DNA of 38,786 nucleotides from an uncultured Candidatus Peribacteria bacterium (GTDB taxonomy: Bacteria; Patescibacteriota; Gracilibacteria; Peribacterales; Peribacteraceae): positions 1 through 38,786 of the forward strand of contig CAZESZ010000001.1 of assembly GCA_964514855.1 (NCBI GenBank), given 5' to 3'. A program made the translations under genes and the position numbers. Below, piece by piece: positions 25,166-33,012 of the stretch (positions within the stretch are counted from its first letter, which is position 1; each line of letters starts with the position of its first letter). Under the pieces are notes generated by a model. The model saw only the letters and a program-made list of their open reading frames with translations, was not told where the DNA came from and ran no database searches.

Positions 25166-25829
25166 TCTCATCAGTCCACCGTTTCTCATCGCGATTCTGA
25201 CCGCGCTCACGGTGCACGAATGGGCGCATGCGGTCGTGGCCGATTATTTCGGTGATCCTACACCGCGTAGCGAAGGACGACTGACGCTCAATCCCATCGC
25301 ACATCTTGACCCGATCGGAACCGTTCTATTTTTCCTCGTTCACTTCGGCTGGGGCAAACCGGTGCCTATCGATCCGCGGTACTTCAAAAATATTCGACGA
25401 GACTCCGCTCTTGTATCGATCGCAGGTCCGTTCAGCAATCTCGTGCTCGCATTCGCATCGTTTCTTCTCCTTCTGGCTTTTGCGCCGCAGGTCCTTCACG
25501 TCAGTTCGTCCGAAGAACTCATGATGACGATTGGTTTCGGTGCGCGGCTCCAGGCTTTCGTCTCGCAAATTCTCGCAAATTCGCTGTTCATCAACCTCGG
25601 CCTCATGGCGTTCAATTTGCTTCCGATCGCTCCGCTCGACGGCTCGAAGATCGTGCAAGCCTTCATCCCGGCGCGACACGAATATGCTTATGAGCAATTC
25701 ATGCAGCGAGGTCCGTTCATCCTCATTGCCATTCTCTTGGCCGAGCGACTCCTGAATATTCCGATTCTCCTCACGTGGATCACGGTCATCGTCGATGCGG
25801 TGCTGAGGGTGATGACGATGTTTGTGTGA
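25158..25829 (+). CDS. M50 (site-2 protease family) membrane metalloprotease
   Basis: The ATG overlaps the end of the upstream gene. HEWAHAVVA (HExxH) and NLLPIAPLDGSKI motifs; multi-TM. Confidence 0.8.
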   Translation: MSDLISPPFLIAILTALTVHEWAHAVVADYFGDPTPRSEGRLTLNPIAHLDPIGTVLFFLVHFGWGKPVPIDPRYFKNIRRDSALVSIAGPFSNLVLAFASFLLLLAFAPQVLHVSSSEELMMTIGFGARLQAFVSQILANSLFINLGLMAFNLLPIAPLDGSKIVQAFIPARHEYAYEQFMQRGPFILIAILLAERLLNIPILLTWITVIVDAVLRVMTMFV

Positions 25830-25840
25830 GACAGAGATGG

Positions 25841-25857
25841 AGCTCCCTATGGGAGCT
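25841..25857. terminator. Hairpin AGCTCCC-TAT-GGGAGCT between the convergent M50 and GNAT genes
   Basis: Perfect 7-bp stem in a 60-nt convergent intergenic region. Confidence 0.4.
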
Positions 25858-25889
25858 TATCAGGAACCAACCCAAAATTTCATAGTGAA

Positions 25890-26345
25890 TCAAAGCCGCT
25901 TTTCCATAAGATATTCATTTCCTTTTTGACGATTCTTTTTCAGGGCAATGACTTTATAGCCGAGTTTTTCATAAAACTCCTTTGCCGTGATAGAGGATCG
26001 GAGAGAGAAGCGACGTACCCCCATTTTTCGGACAGTATTTTCAATTTTCTTCATGAGCTTCGTGCCAACACCCTGACGAACAAAGTTCTTATGGACATAC
26101 AAGGCTCCCATTTCCTCAGGCGTATCTTTCATAATGTCTCCGAAACCAATGATCTTTTCTTCTTCTATCGCCACATAGCGAAGAACCTGATCATGAATTT
26201 TTACAAAGTCATCGGTATTTCCCCTTTTGCTCCAGCGCGCAATTTGCGATGGAGTGTAATCATTTTTATTGATCGTCCGAATCGTCGCCTTCCGGAGTGC
26301 GGAAAGCTCCTTTGCATCTTCGAGAGCAGCTCTTCGAATTCGCAT
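25890..26345 (-). CDS. GNAT family N-acetyltransferase
   Basis: 151 aa. Acetyl-CoA-binding motif VRQGVGTKLMKKIE. Extended -10 TGGTAAAAT lies 6 nt upstream. Visibly AT-richer than the flanks. Confidence 0.8.
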   Translation of the reverse strand: MRIRRAALEDAKELSALRKATIRTINKNDYTPSQIARWSKRGNTDDFVKIHDQVLRYVAIEEEKIIGFGDIMKDTPEEMGALYVHKNFVRQGVGTKLMKKIENTVRKMGVRRFSLRSSITAKEFYEKLGYKVIALKKNRQKGNEYLMEKRL

Positions 26346-26351
26346 GACTGT

Positions 26352-26360
26352 ATTTTACCA
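26352..26360 (-). promoter_or_regulatory. Extended -10 TGGTAAAAT for the GNAT gene
   Basis: Lies 6 nt upstream of ATG 26345, directly downstream of the tRNA-Thr 3' end. Confidence 0.5.
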
Positions 26361-26416
26361 GTTCGAACCGAGAATTAGGTGTATCTATAAACGGCTATCT
26401 GAAGCGATGAAAATTC

Positions 26417-26491
26417 TGGAGCCGCTGACCGGGATTGAACCGGTGACCTACACATTACCATTGTGTTGCTCTACCACTGAGCTACAGCGGC
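26417..26491 (-). tRNA. tRNA-Thr (anticodon GGT), CCA encoded
   Basis: The reverse complement reads GCCGCTG TA GCTC AGTGGTA GAGC A ACACA ATGGTAA TGTGT AGGTC ACCGG TTCAATC CCGGT CAGCGGC T CCA. This is a canonical 75-nt cloverleaf. Confidence 0.93.
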
Positions 26492-27120
26492 TTAGTGCCT
26501 AATTTCAAAAACTCTTTTCGCACGTCGCGCAGATTTCGATGATGTAGTAAATGAACAAGAATATCCCGCAGTTTCCTATTTTGGTAGTAGATCGTCACAA
26601 CACCATACTGACTCTTGCGACGATAGGTACCAAGGGAACCTGAGCGCGTAACTGTCACTGTATAAAATTGACGCTTGTGAATTCTAAGTTTTTTTGACCA
26701 AAAGTCCAGCGCTTCCTCCGCACTGATATCCGTGAAGATTTGCAGTCCGAATCGGCAATCTGAAACACGAATACCGAAAAAAAGTACCAAGAATTTCAGA
26801 AAGGTTTTCAGCAGTTCCGGATCCGTATTTCCTAGTCGGATTGCCGATAGGTTAGCCTTGGTTCCTTCGCCCCAATAGAGACCGATGCCCATCCCAAACA
26901 AGAGATATTCTTCCGGCGTTTTCGGAGAACGTAGTGTGAATGGGTCTCCATGCGGATGGTGCATGTGGTAGATGGCTTCGCTGATCGAGCGCCGAGGAAT
27001 TTCATACTTTTTGAGCCAATATTCGACCCTATGCACAGAGCACCCGAGTTCGGTCGCAATGTGTTTCATGGAATGTTTTTTCTTTCCATACAAACGTTCG
27101 AGAGCGCTCTTTTGTATCAT
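26482..27120 (-). CDS. LAGLIDADG-like homing endonuclease candidate with N-terminal HTH
   Basis: 212 aa. HTH-like SMKHIATELGCSVHRVEYWLKKY and a single LAGLIDADG-like motif LLFGMGIGLYWGEGTK. AT-rich. The stop codon TAG lies inside tRNA-Thr (positions 8-10 of the tRNA). Confidence 0.6.
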   Translation of the reverse strand: MIQKSALERLYGKKKHSMKHIATELGCSVHRVEYWLKKYEIPRRSISEAIYHMHHPHGDPFTLRSPKTPEEYLLFGMGIGLYWGEGTKANLSAIRLGNTDPELLKTFLKFLVLFFGIRVSDCRFGLQIFTDISAEEALDFWSKKLRIHKRQFYTVTVTRSGSLGTYRRKSQYGVVTIYYQNRKLRDILVHLLHHRNLRDVRKEFLKLGTKPL

Positions 27121-27127
27121 GTTGATC

Positions 27128-27150
27128 AGTATACCATAGTACTACTATGG
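27128..27150 (-). promoter_or_regulatory. Extended -10 TGGTATACT plus a 17-bp perfect palindrome (candidate operator) for the LAGLIDADG-like gene
   Basis: The -10 lies 7 nt upstream of ATG 27120. The palindrome CCATAGTA-C-TACTATGG (27134-27150) fills the spacer position. Confidence 0.45.
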
Positions 27151-27155
27151 ACGTG

Positions 27156-27560
27156 CTATACCACATTCACCGTCTCAAGCCACGACTGTGGCGGCTGACT
27201 ACGAGCCGTGCGTAGCGCATTGAGCAGCGTGTGCAGACACAGAAGCGCGCACTTGAATCTCCGTGGGCCGACCGGAACCCCAAGGAGTGAATAGATCTCG
27301 TCCGGTTTCAACGCTTCGGCGTCAGCGACCGACATACCGATCAAATCTTCGGACAGAAGCGACATCGCTGCCTGGCTAATGGCGCAGCCTTCCCCACGCC
27401 ATTTCAGATCTGCGATGATACCATCGTCGATTTTGAGATCGATCGTCAGGTCGTCGCCGCACGAAATATTTTCTTCGCGGTGCGTCACTGCGCGCGACAG
27501 ATGTCCGGTATTTCGCGGATTCTTGTAGTGGTCGAGGATGTTCTCGGCGTAGAGGTCCAT
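27156..27560 (-). CDS. sufU: SufU/IscU-type Fe-S cluster scaffold
   Basis: 134 aa. Three conserved Cys contexts: ISCGDDL, GEGCAIS and FKCALL. Confidence 0.85.
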   Translation of the reverse strand: MDLYAENILDHYKNPRNTGHLSRAVTHREENISCGDDLTIDLKIDDGIIADLKWRGEGCAISQAAMSLLSEDLIGMSVADAEALKPDEIYSLLGVPVGPRRFKCALLCLHTLLNALRTARSQPPQSWLETVNVV

Positions 27561-27566
27561 AGACGT

Positions 27567-27604
27567 GAGAAGTCACAAGCTAGAAGTCAGAAGTCACAAG
27601 TTTT
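27567..27604. repeat. 7-nt-phased AAGT/AAGC array (x5) in the sufS-sufU spacer
   Basis: AAG at 27570, 27577, 27584, 27591 and 27598: AAGTCAC AAGCTAG AAGTCAG AAGTCAC AAGTTTT. Confidence 0.8.
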
Positions 27605-27624
27605 AGAGTCCACAGTATTTTTCT

Positions 27625-28854
27625 TTATCGTTGCAGTAATTTTTGGGCGGAGCGAAGAGCGGCGATGCATGTATCGATCTCGTCTACCGTGTTGTACGCT
27701 GCGACGGAGAGGCGAGTGGAGGATGAGATGCCGAGCAGCGTATGCAGTGGCTGTGTGCAGTGATGTCCGGCACGAAGACATATGCCTTCTTTGCCGAGTA
27801 CGTCTGTGAGATCGTGTGGGTGGACGCCTTGCACCGTAAAACTAATACATCCGGTTCGTTTCGTGGGATCGGTCGGACCAAGAATAGTGAGTCCACTGAT
27901 CTCCTGTAGCCCTGAGAGCGCATGTGTCAGTAACGAAGATTCATGCGCACTGATCGCGTCGATACCGGTGTTCGTCACCCACTCGAGTGCTGCCGCCAGT
28001 CCGACTGCGTCGGCTGCAGCCAGTGTCCCGGCTTCGAAAGTGCGTGGAAGTTCGGCGGTCGTGAAACCGTGCATCGTCACCGTCTGGATCATGTCTCCTC
28101 CGCCGAGAAACGGTGGCATCGTCGTCAGATGTTCTCTCTTTCCATAGAGCACGCCTATTCCGGTAGGTCCATATGTTTTATGTCCAGAGAAAGCCAAAAA
28201 ATCACAATTAAGTTTCTGTACATTGATATATTCATGCGCGGAAAGTTGCGCAGCATCGATCAATATCACAGCGCTGTTTTCATGTGCAAGTGAGACCAAT
28301 TCTACAAGCGGCTGCAGTGTACCGAGGACATTACTCAGACCTGACACGGCCATGATTTTCGTTTTTCCTTTTTTCAAAATCTTCTTGGTTGCTACGAGAT
28401 CGATGTATCCGTCGGCTGTCATCGGAATCCAGTCGAGACCTACACCCTGACGTTTCGCCAGCTGCATCCAGGGAACGATATTACTGTGATGTTCCAGTAT
28501 CGAGACTGCGATGCGGTCTCCGGGTTTCAGTGTTTCACCGTAACTGCGCGCAACGAGGTTGATCGCCTCTGTGGTATTCTTCGTGAAGATGATTTCGTGA
28601 GCATGGCGTGCATGCAGAAATTTTCTCACTGTTTCTCTCGCCGCATCGAGAGCGATTGTCGCTTCTTCCGCGAGTGGATGCACCCCTCGGTTCACATTGG
28701 CGTTCTTCGCCATATAGAACTCCGCGAGAGCGTCCAGGACGCTCTGCGGCTTTTGGCTTGTCGCTGCACTATCCAGATAGCATAGCGTCTTGCCATGCGC
28801 TTTCTTTGCGAGGATTGGGAAGAACCGACGAATGTTGGCAACATCAAATGTCAT
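27625..28854 (-). CDS. sufS: Cysteine desulfurase, SufS type
   Basis: 409 aa. PLP-binding Lys in FSGHKTYGPTGIG and catalytic Cys in RAGHHCTQPL. TGTATACT -10 lies 10 nt upstream. Confidence 0.92.
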   Translation of the reverse strand: MTFDVANIRRFFPILAKKAHGKTLCYLDSAATSQKPQSVLDALAEFYMAKNANVNRGVHPLAEEATIALDAARETVRKFLHARHAHEIIFTKNTTEAINLVARSYGETLKPGDRIAVSILEHHSNIVPWMQLAKRQGVGLDWIPMTADGYIDLVATKKILKKGKTKIMAVSGLSNVLGTLQPLVELVSLAHENSAVILIDAAQLSAHEYINVQKLNCDFLAFSGHKTYGPTGIGVLYGKREHLTTMPPFLGGGDMIQTVTMHGFTTAELPRTFEAGTLAAADAVGLAAALEWVTNTGIDAISAHESSLLTHALSGLQEISGLTILGPTDPTKRTGCISFTVQGVHPHDLTDVLGKEGICLRAGHHCTQPLHTLLGISSSTRLSVAAYNTVDEIDTCIAALRSAQKLLQR

Positions 28855-28864
28855 GCAGACGATG

Positions 28865-28872
28865 AGTATACA
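28865..28872 (-). promoter_or_regulatory. -10 TGTATACT for sufS-sufU
   Basis: Lies 10 nt upstream of ATG 28854. Confidence 0.45.
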
Positions 28873-28942
28873 GCAGGCGTCAGAATTTGATGGCGTGAAT
28901 TTTGGATCGTTTCGACGCCTCTTTTACTGTACCATTTCAGGC

Positions 28943-31939
28943 ATGACACAACGCACCATCGTGATCCTCAGCTTTGTTTTATTCGTCTGTGCGCTCCTCT
29001 GGGGCGGCTACACCCTCCTCGTGTATCTCGGCGTGCCGGTGCATCAGTTCGTGTACTCTTCTCCGGAAGAAATCGGTCTGTGGGATCTCGCCTGCGGAAC
29101 TCAGCAGAGCAACATGGTGTATCTCTGTCGTGGAGCATCGGCGTTCTTTCCGTTTCTCATTGCGACGCTGAAGATGGCAAGTCCGTTCTTTGGGTACATT
29201 GTTCTCTCAGCTCTCGCGTTTGGCGGAGTCCTTCTCTATGCCGGATTTCAGACCGGGCGCTTCGAACGTGTCATCAAGACCAATGCGTTCATCATACTGC
29301 TTCTGAGCATCGGCGCTGTGTGGTTGCTTGGGACGACGTTCGCCATCGGAACAACGTACAATCTCCGCACGCCAGAGAACGCGATGCTCACCGATCTCAA
29401 CGGACAGAAAGTCCTGCCGTCGTTTCGACGTTTCTTCGAGCCTACGGCCCAGATTTACCCCAGTGGCGGTCAGGCGCTCGCCGAACTGCGGGCCAATTAC
29501 GAATTTCTCCTCGGACGCGGATGCTTGTCTGACACCGGTGTGCAGACCCAAAATGGTGCGAAGTTGTACAACCTCCGTCTGTGGTGCATGCAGACAAGTC
29601 TCTTCAACCGCGCGGGTGTCCAGATCTTCATGGTGCTCTTCTTCCTCTTCAATCTTCTCATTCTCGGGCGTTTCCTGATCACCAAGGTCATTGGCCTCAA
29701 AACTGAGAATACGCTGCTTTTGGCATGTCTTAGTTTTGGCATCGGTGCGCTCGGTTGGGTCGCTATCCTCTGGAGTCTCGGACTCTTCGCGTTGCTGGAT
29801 ACGACGCTCATCCGCGTACTCTTCTTCGGCATGCCGTTCGTGCTCTATCCACAGAGCGCATGGTGGATCCGGACGATGCGCGACAAAAAGATCACACTTT
29901 CAGTCTCGATGCGCAGCTGGCATCTGCTCCTCGCGTGGCTCCTCGTATCGTACCTTGCACTCAATTTCTTCAATGTCGTGCGACCGTTTCCGATCGGTTG
30001 GGATGACCTCGGTAGTTACCTGAATCGTCCGAGACTGCTCGCGAGTTACGGATACTTCATTCCGTCGATGTCGCAGTTTCAGTGGGAATACCTCACGTCA
30101 CTCGGGTTCCTGCTCTTCGGGTACGACAGTTGGATCGGTTCCACGTTCGCCATGGAGATCAACTGGGCGGCAGGCATGCTGTCCGTACTTGCGGTGTACG
30201 CCTTCGGTCGGCGTGTTTTCGGCCGCGGCCGCGGCGTGCTTGCGGCTATGCTGTACTACTTCCTGCCGATGACCGGTCATTTCTCATTCGCGGACATGAA
30301 GATCGATAACTCGTCGTTCTTCACCACCGCGCTCGGCGTCATGGCTGTCTTCGCGTTTCTCTTCCCCGCCAAAGATTTCGATGAATCCGCGGAACCGAGG
30401 GACCCGAAGCTCCTCGTCATCGCAGGATTGATCCTAGGCTTCAGTTTCGGCATCAAGCCGACTGCGATCCTCGGCATTCTCATGACTCTCGGTATTCTCG
30501 TCGGTAGCATCGTGGGTCCAATCGGCTTCACCGGTGCCATTATCGCGGGATTTGGACTCTTGCAGAAATTTGGCGTATTCAACGTCAGCGATATTTTTAA
30601 ACGCGCGAGCATTTCCGCCAGCGTTCCCTCAACGACCTTCGCGATCAGCGTCCTTCTCCTCGGCATCGGTCTTATCGCTACTGCAGTGCATCAACATCGT
30701 TCGGAAGTTCGTCGTCTTCTGGTGTCCGTGAGCTGTCTTGTGCTTGGCATGGGTATCGCCGTCGCGCCCTGGATTCTCCATAACGCCGCACTCATTCGGG
30801 GATACAATCTTACCGGATACTTGACTGCCAACGATAAGGCTGCGTTCAGTGCTGCTGCAAAGGCCAGTCCTCCGGGAAATGTCAGTGTGGGCAGTATGCT
30901 CTCCGCAGTAGATCTCATCGCTCCGCAAGTTTTCAACTATCAGAAAGAAGATGTTGAGGCCATGAATCTTCCAAAGACTATTCCCGTTCGATATTTGCCG
31001 CCGGAACTGAAGCTCGATCCAAATCATGCGGCATGCAAATCATCCGCTCGCACCGAAGAGCTGGATCGGTACTGGGGATTCGGTAGCGGCATCGGACACT
31101 ACCTCGGCCTTGCCTGGCGCCAAGTCATGAACCTGGATTCCTTCGGTTACTACGTCACGCAGGCGCCGATGCTCCTGCTGTTTCCGCTTCTGCTCCTGCT
31201 CCCGTTCTTCTGGTCAAAAGAGGGGCGATGGCTGCGATTACTGTTCGTCGGGACGATCATCTTCTTCGTGCAATGGTCCTTCGCTGCGAATGGTGTGCCG
31301 TGGTACGGGATTGGTATGTTCCTCGGATTCGCCATCGGCCTTGAAGCCTTCATTGCGCATGCACCGGATACACCGAATCGTTCGCTCTTCGGATTCTTCA
31401 TCGCGATGAGCATCCTCATCTGTCTCGCGAATCGTTTGTGGCAGTTCGATGCGCAGAAAAATCTGTTTGAGTATCCGCTCGGCAAGATCAGTGCCTCGGC
31501 GCTCAGGGAGGTGACGATTCCGGATTACGATGATATTCGTGAGAGCGTCGTGAGCCGTCATGAAACACTTCCCGAGGCGCCGTACACATACCGTATCGGT
31601 ACGTTCATTTCGTACTTCATCCCCAGAAACCGCGAGATCTTTCCGATGGCGGATCATCAACTCAATTTCTTCAACTGCGTGAACCAAGAACGTAATCACA
31701 TGCTCACACTTCGTCGCCTGCAGGCGCTTGGGTTCAATAGCATCATCTTCGATACGAATACGCAAACGATCGAAAAAGATCCCAATGGTTCCCTGCATCA
31801 GAAAGTGGCCAGGTTCCTGGACTTCGCCAACGATCCTGCGGTGAAGGTCACGATCGCGGTGAATGATCCGAATAACGGTATTGCATACATTCTCTTGCCG
31901 ACGGCTACCGGCAGTTTCCTGAAGGCTCCGCGTCCATGA
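28943..31939 (+). CDS. Very large polytopic membrane protein, GT-C-type glycosyltransferase candidate
   Basis: Track ORF 28790..31939. ATG 28943 is preferred (TACCAT 7 nt upstream; earlier starts overlap sufS). Many hydrophobic segments. The loop motif PIGWDDLGSY resembles the acidic first-loop motif of GT-C enzymes. Family not recognised. Confidence 0.6.
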   Translation: MTQRTIVILSFVLFVCALLWGGYTLLVYLGVPVHQFVYSSPEEIGLWDLACGTQQSNMVYLCRGASAFFPFLIATLKMASPFFGYIVLSALAFGGVLLYAGFQTGRFERVIKTNAFIILLLSIGAVWLLGTTFAIGTTYNLRTPENAMLTDLNGQKVLPSFRRFFEPTAQIYPSGGQALAELRANYEFLLGRGCLSDTGVQTQNGAKLYNLRLWCMQTSLFNRAGVQIFMVLFFLFNLLILGRFLITKVIGLKTENTLLLACLSFGIGALGWVAILWSLGLFALLDTTLIRVLFFGMPFVLYPQSAWWIRTMRDKKITLSVSMRSWHLLLAWLLVSYLALNFFNVVRPFPIGWDDLGSYLNRPRLLASYGYFIPSMSQFQWEYLTSLGFLLFGYDSWIGSTFAMEINWAAGMLSVLAVYAFGRRVFGRGRGVLAAMLYYFLPMTGHFSFADMKIDNSSFFTTALGVMAVFAFLFPAKDFDESAEPRDPKLLVIAGLILGFSFGIKPTAILGILMTLGILVGSIVGPIGFTGAIIAGFGLLQKFGVFNVSDIFKRASISASVPSTTFAISVLLLGIGLIATAVHQHRSEVRRLLVSVSCLVLGMGIAVAPWILHNAALIRGYNLTGYLTANDKAAFSAAAKASPPGNVSVGSMLSAVDLIAPQVFNYQKEDVEAMNLPKTIPVRYLPPELKLDPNHAACKSSARTEELDRYWGFGSGIGHYLGLAWRQVMNLDSFGYYVTQAPMLLLFPLLLLLPFFWSKEGRWLRLLFVGTIIFFVQWSFAANGVPWYGIGMFLGFAIGLEAFIAHAPDTPNRSLFGFFIAMSILICLANRLWQFDAQKNLFEYPLGKISASALREVTIPDYDDIRESVVSRHETLPEAPYTYRIGTFISYFIPRNREIFPMADHQLNFFNCVNQERNHMLTLRRLQALGFNSIIFDTNTQTIEKDPNGSLHQKVARFLDFANDPAVKVTIAVNDPNNGIAYILLPTATGSFLKAPRP

Positions 31940-32604
31940 GAGTCGTTGCGGTCATACCGGCATACAACGAGGCTACGCGCATCGCAGCGGTGGTCCATGC
32001 GGCGAAGCAATCGACTGATCGTGTCATCGTCGTCATCGACGGATCCACTGATGCGACCGAAGCAGTCGCGCGCGACGCCGGAGCGACGATCATCCGCCAT
32101 GCCGAAAACTGTGGAGCTGGAGCTGCCACGATGACCGGACTGGAAGCTGCGCGCATGCTGGGGTTCGATATCGCCGTGACACTGGATGCCGACGGCCAGC
32201 ATGCAGCCGAGGATATTCCGCGGCTCATCGAGATACTGCAGACTCAGCATGCGGACTTGGTCATTGCCAACCGTTTTGGACGCAAGAACGCCATTCCCTT
32301 CGTCCGAAGGATAGCCAACACGATCGGGAATCTCATCACGTTCTTCGTGACCGGTTTGTATCTTCCAGATACTCAGTGCGGGTTCAAGGCGTTTGGACCG
32401 CGCGCGCTTGCGGAGATCGAACTGAAGATGTCGGGATTCGAGTTCTGTACGGAAGTTATCCGCGAAGCCGCCAAACATCGTTGGAAAATCGTCTCGATTC
32501 CTTCAAAAGTGGTATATTCCGAATACACGCTGGCCAAAGGTCAGTCGTTCGCGAGCGGTCTGCGCACTGCTGCCAAAATTTTGCTTCGTACCTTCCTCCG
32601 ATGA
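31936..32604 (+). CDS. GT2 polyprenyl/dolichyl-phosphate sugar synthase-like glycosyltransferase
   Basis: 222 aa. AVIPAYNE..VIDGSTD..TLDADGQH..CGFKAF. ATGA overlap with the upstream stop. Confidence 0.85.
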   Translation: MRVVAVIPAYNEATRIAAVVHAAKQSTDRVIVVIDGSTDATEAVARDAGATIIRHAENCGAGAATMTGLEAARMLGFDIAVTLDADGQHAAEDIPRLIEILQTQHADLVIANRFGRKNAIPFVRRIANTIGNLITFFVTGLYLPDTQCGFKAFGPRALAEIELKMSGFEFCTEVIREAAKHRWKIVSIPSKVVYSEYTLAKGQSFASGLRTAAKILLRTFLR

Positions 32605-32966
32605 TTACCTTCGAATACACGCCGTACCAAGTCGTCGTTCCACTCTTCAGCTTTCTGATGGTCGTGTATGCGTGGAATTTGGTCATGCGCCACAAGAAGA
32701 CGATTTGGGAAGGCGTCCTCTGGACGGTATTTTGGTCTGCGATCGCATACATTTCCTTCTTTCCCAGCAGTCTCCAGTATCTGAGTTCTATTACGGGCAT
32801 CAAGAAGAATGAAAATGCCGCGACGATCACGGCTATCGGCGTGCTGTTCTTCATCGTCTTCTACATGATCATTCGTTTGGAAGCACTGGAACAGCGACTG
32901 ACGAAGATGGTGCGAGAGAGAGCGCTGGCAGACGCTGGAGTAGAGGATAACAAGGTGAGGAAGTGA
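32601..32966 (+). CDS. DUF2304-like small membrane protein
   Basis: Start at ATG 32601 (ATGA overlap with the GT2 stop). Hydrophobic helices and a C-terminal amphipathic LEALEQRLTKMVRERAL. This family typically follows such GT2 genes (from memory). Confidence 0.55.
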   Translation: MITFEYTPYQVVVPLFSFLMVVYAWNLVMRHKKTIWEGVLWTVFWSAIAYISFFPSSLQYLSSITGIKKNENAATITAIGVLFFIVFYMIIRLEALEQRLTKMVRERALADAGVEDNKVRK

Positions 32967-32997
32967 GGAAGGTGAGGTGAGGTAAGGGAGGTAGGTG
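32952..32997 (+). repeat. Purine-rich GTGAGG/GGAGG-like array spanning the DUF2304 stop to the GT4 start
   Basis: AAGGTGAGGAAGTGAGGAAGGTGAGGTGAGGTAAGGGAGGTAGGTG. Irregular 5-9-nt spacing. Contains the only strong SD-like strings seen in the window. Confidence 0.6.
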
Positions 32998-33012
32998 TGT
33001 ACAATCCGTCCA

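Noticed and set aside
25890-26345. The GNAT gene, considered as a TacT/AtaT-type acetyltransferase toxin.
   Set aside because: There is no adjacent small RHH/DUF1778-type antitoxin gene. The upstream neighbour is a tRNA, and the sequence looks like a generic GNAT.
27591-27604. An exact 14-nt match (AAGTCACAAGTTTT) between 27591-27604 and 33162-33175, considered as evidence of a dispersed mobile element.
   Set aside because: My rough estimate is about 7.5e8 position pairs per strand against 4^14 = 2.7e8. A few 14-mer matches are therefore expected by chance in a window this size. Only the shared 7-nt phasing is treated as meaningful.
28790-28942. The 5' extension of the giant membrane-protein ORF (track start 28790, or ATG 28862).
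   Set aside because: It would overlap the sufS start region on the opposite strand and adds non-hydrophobic residues before the first TM. ATG 28943 has a -10-like TACCAT 7 nt upstream.
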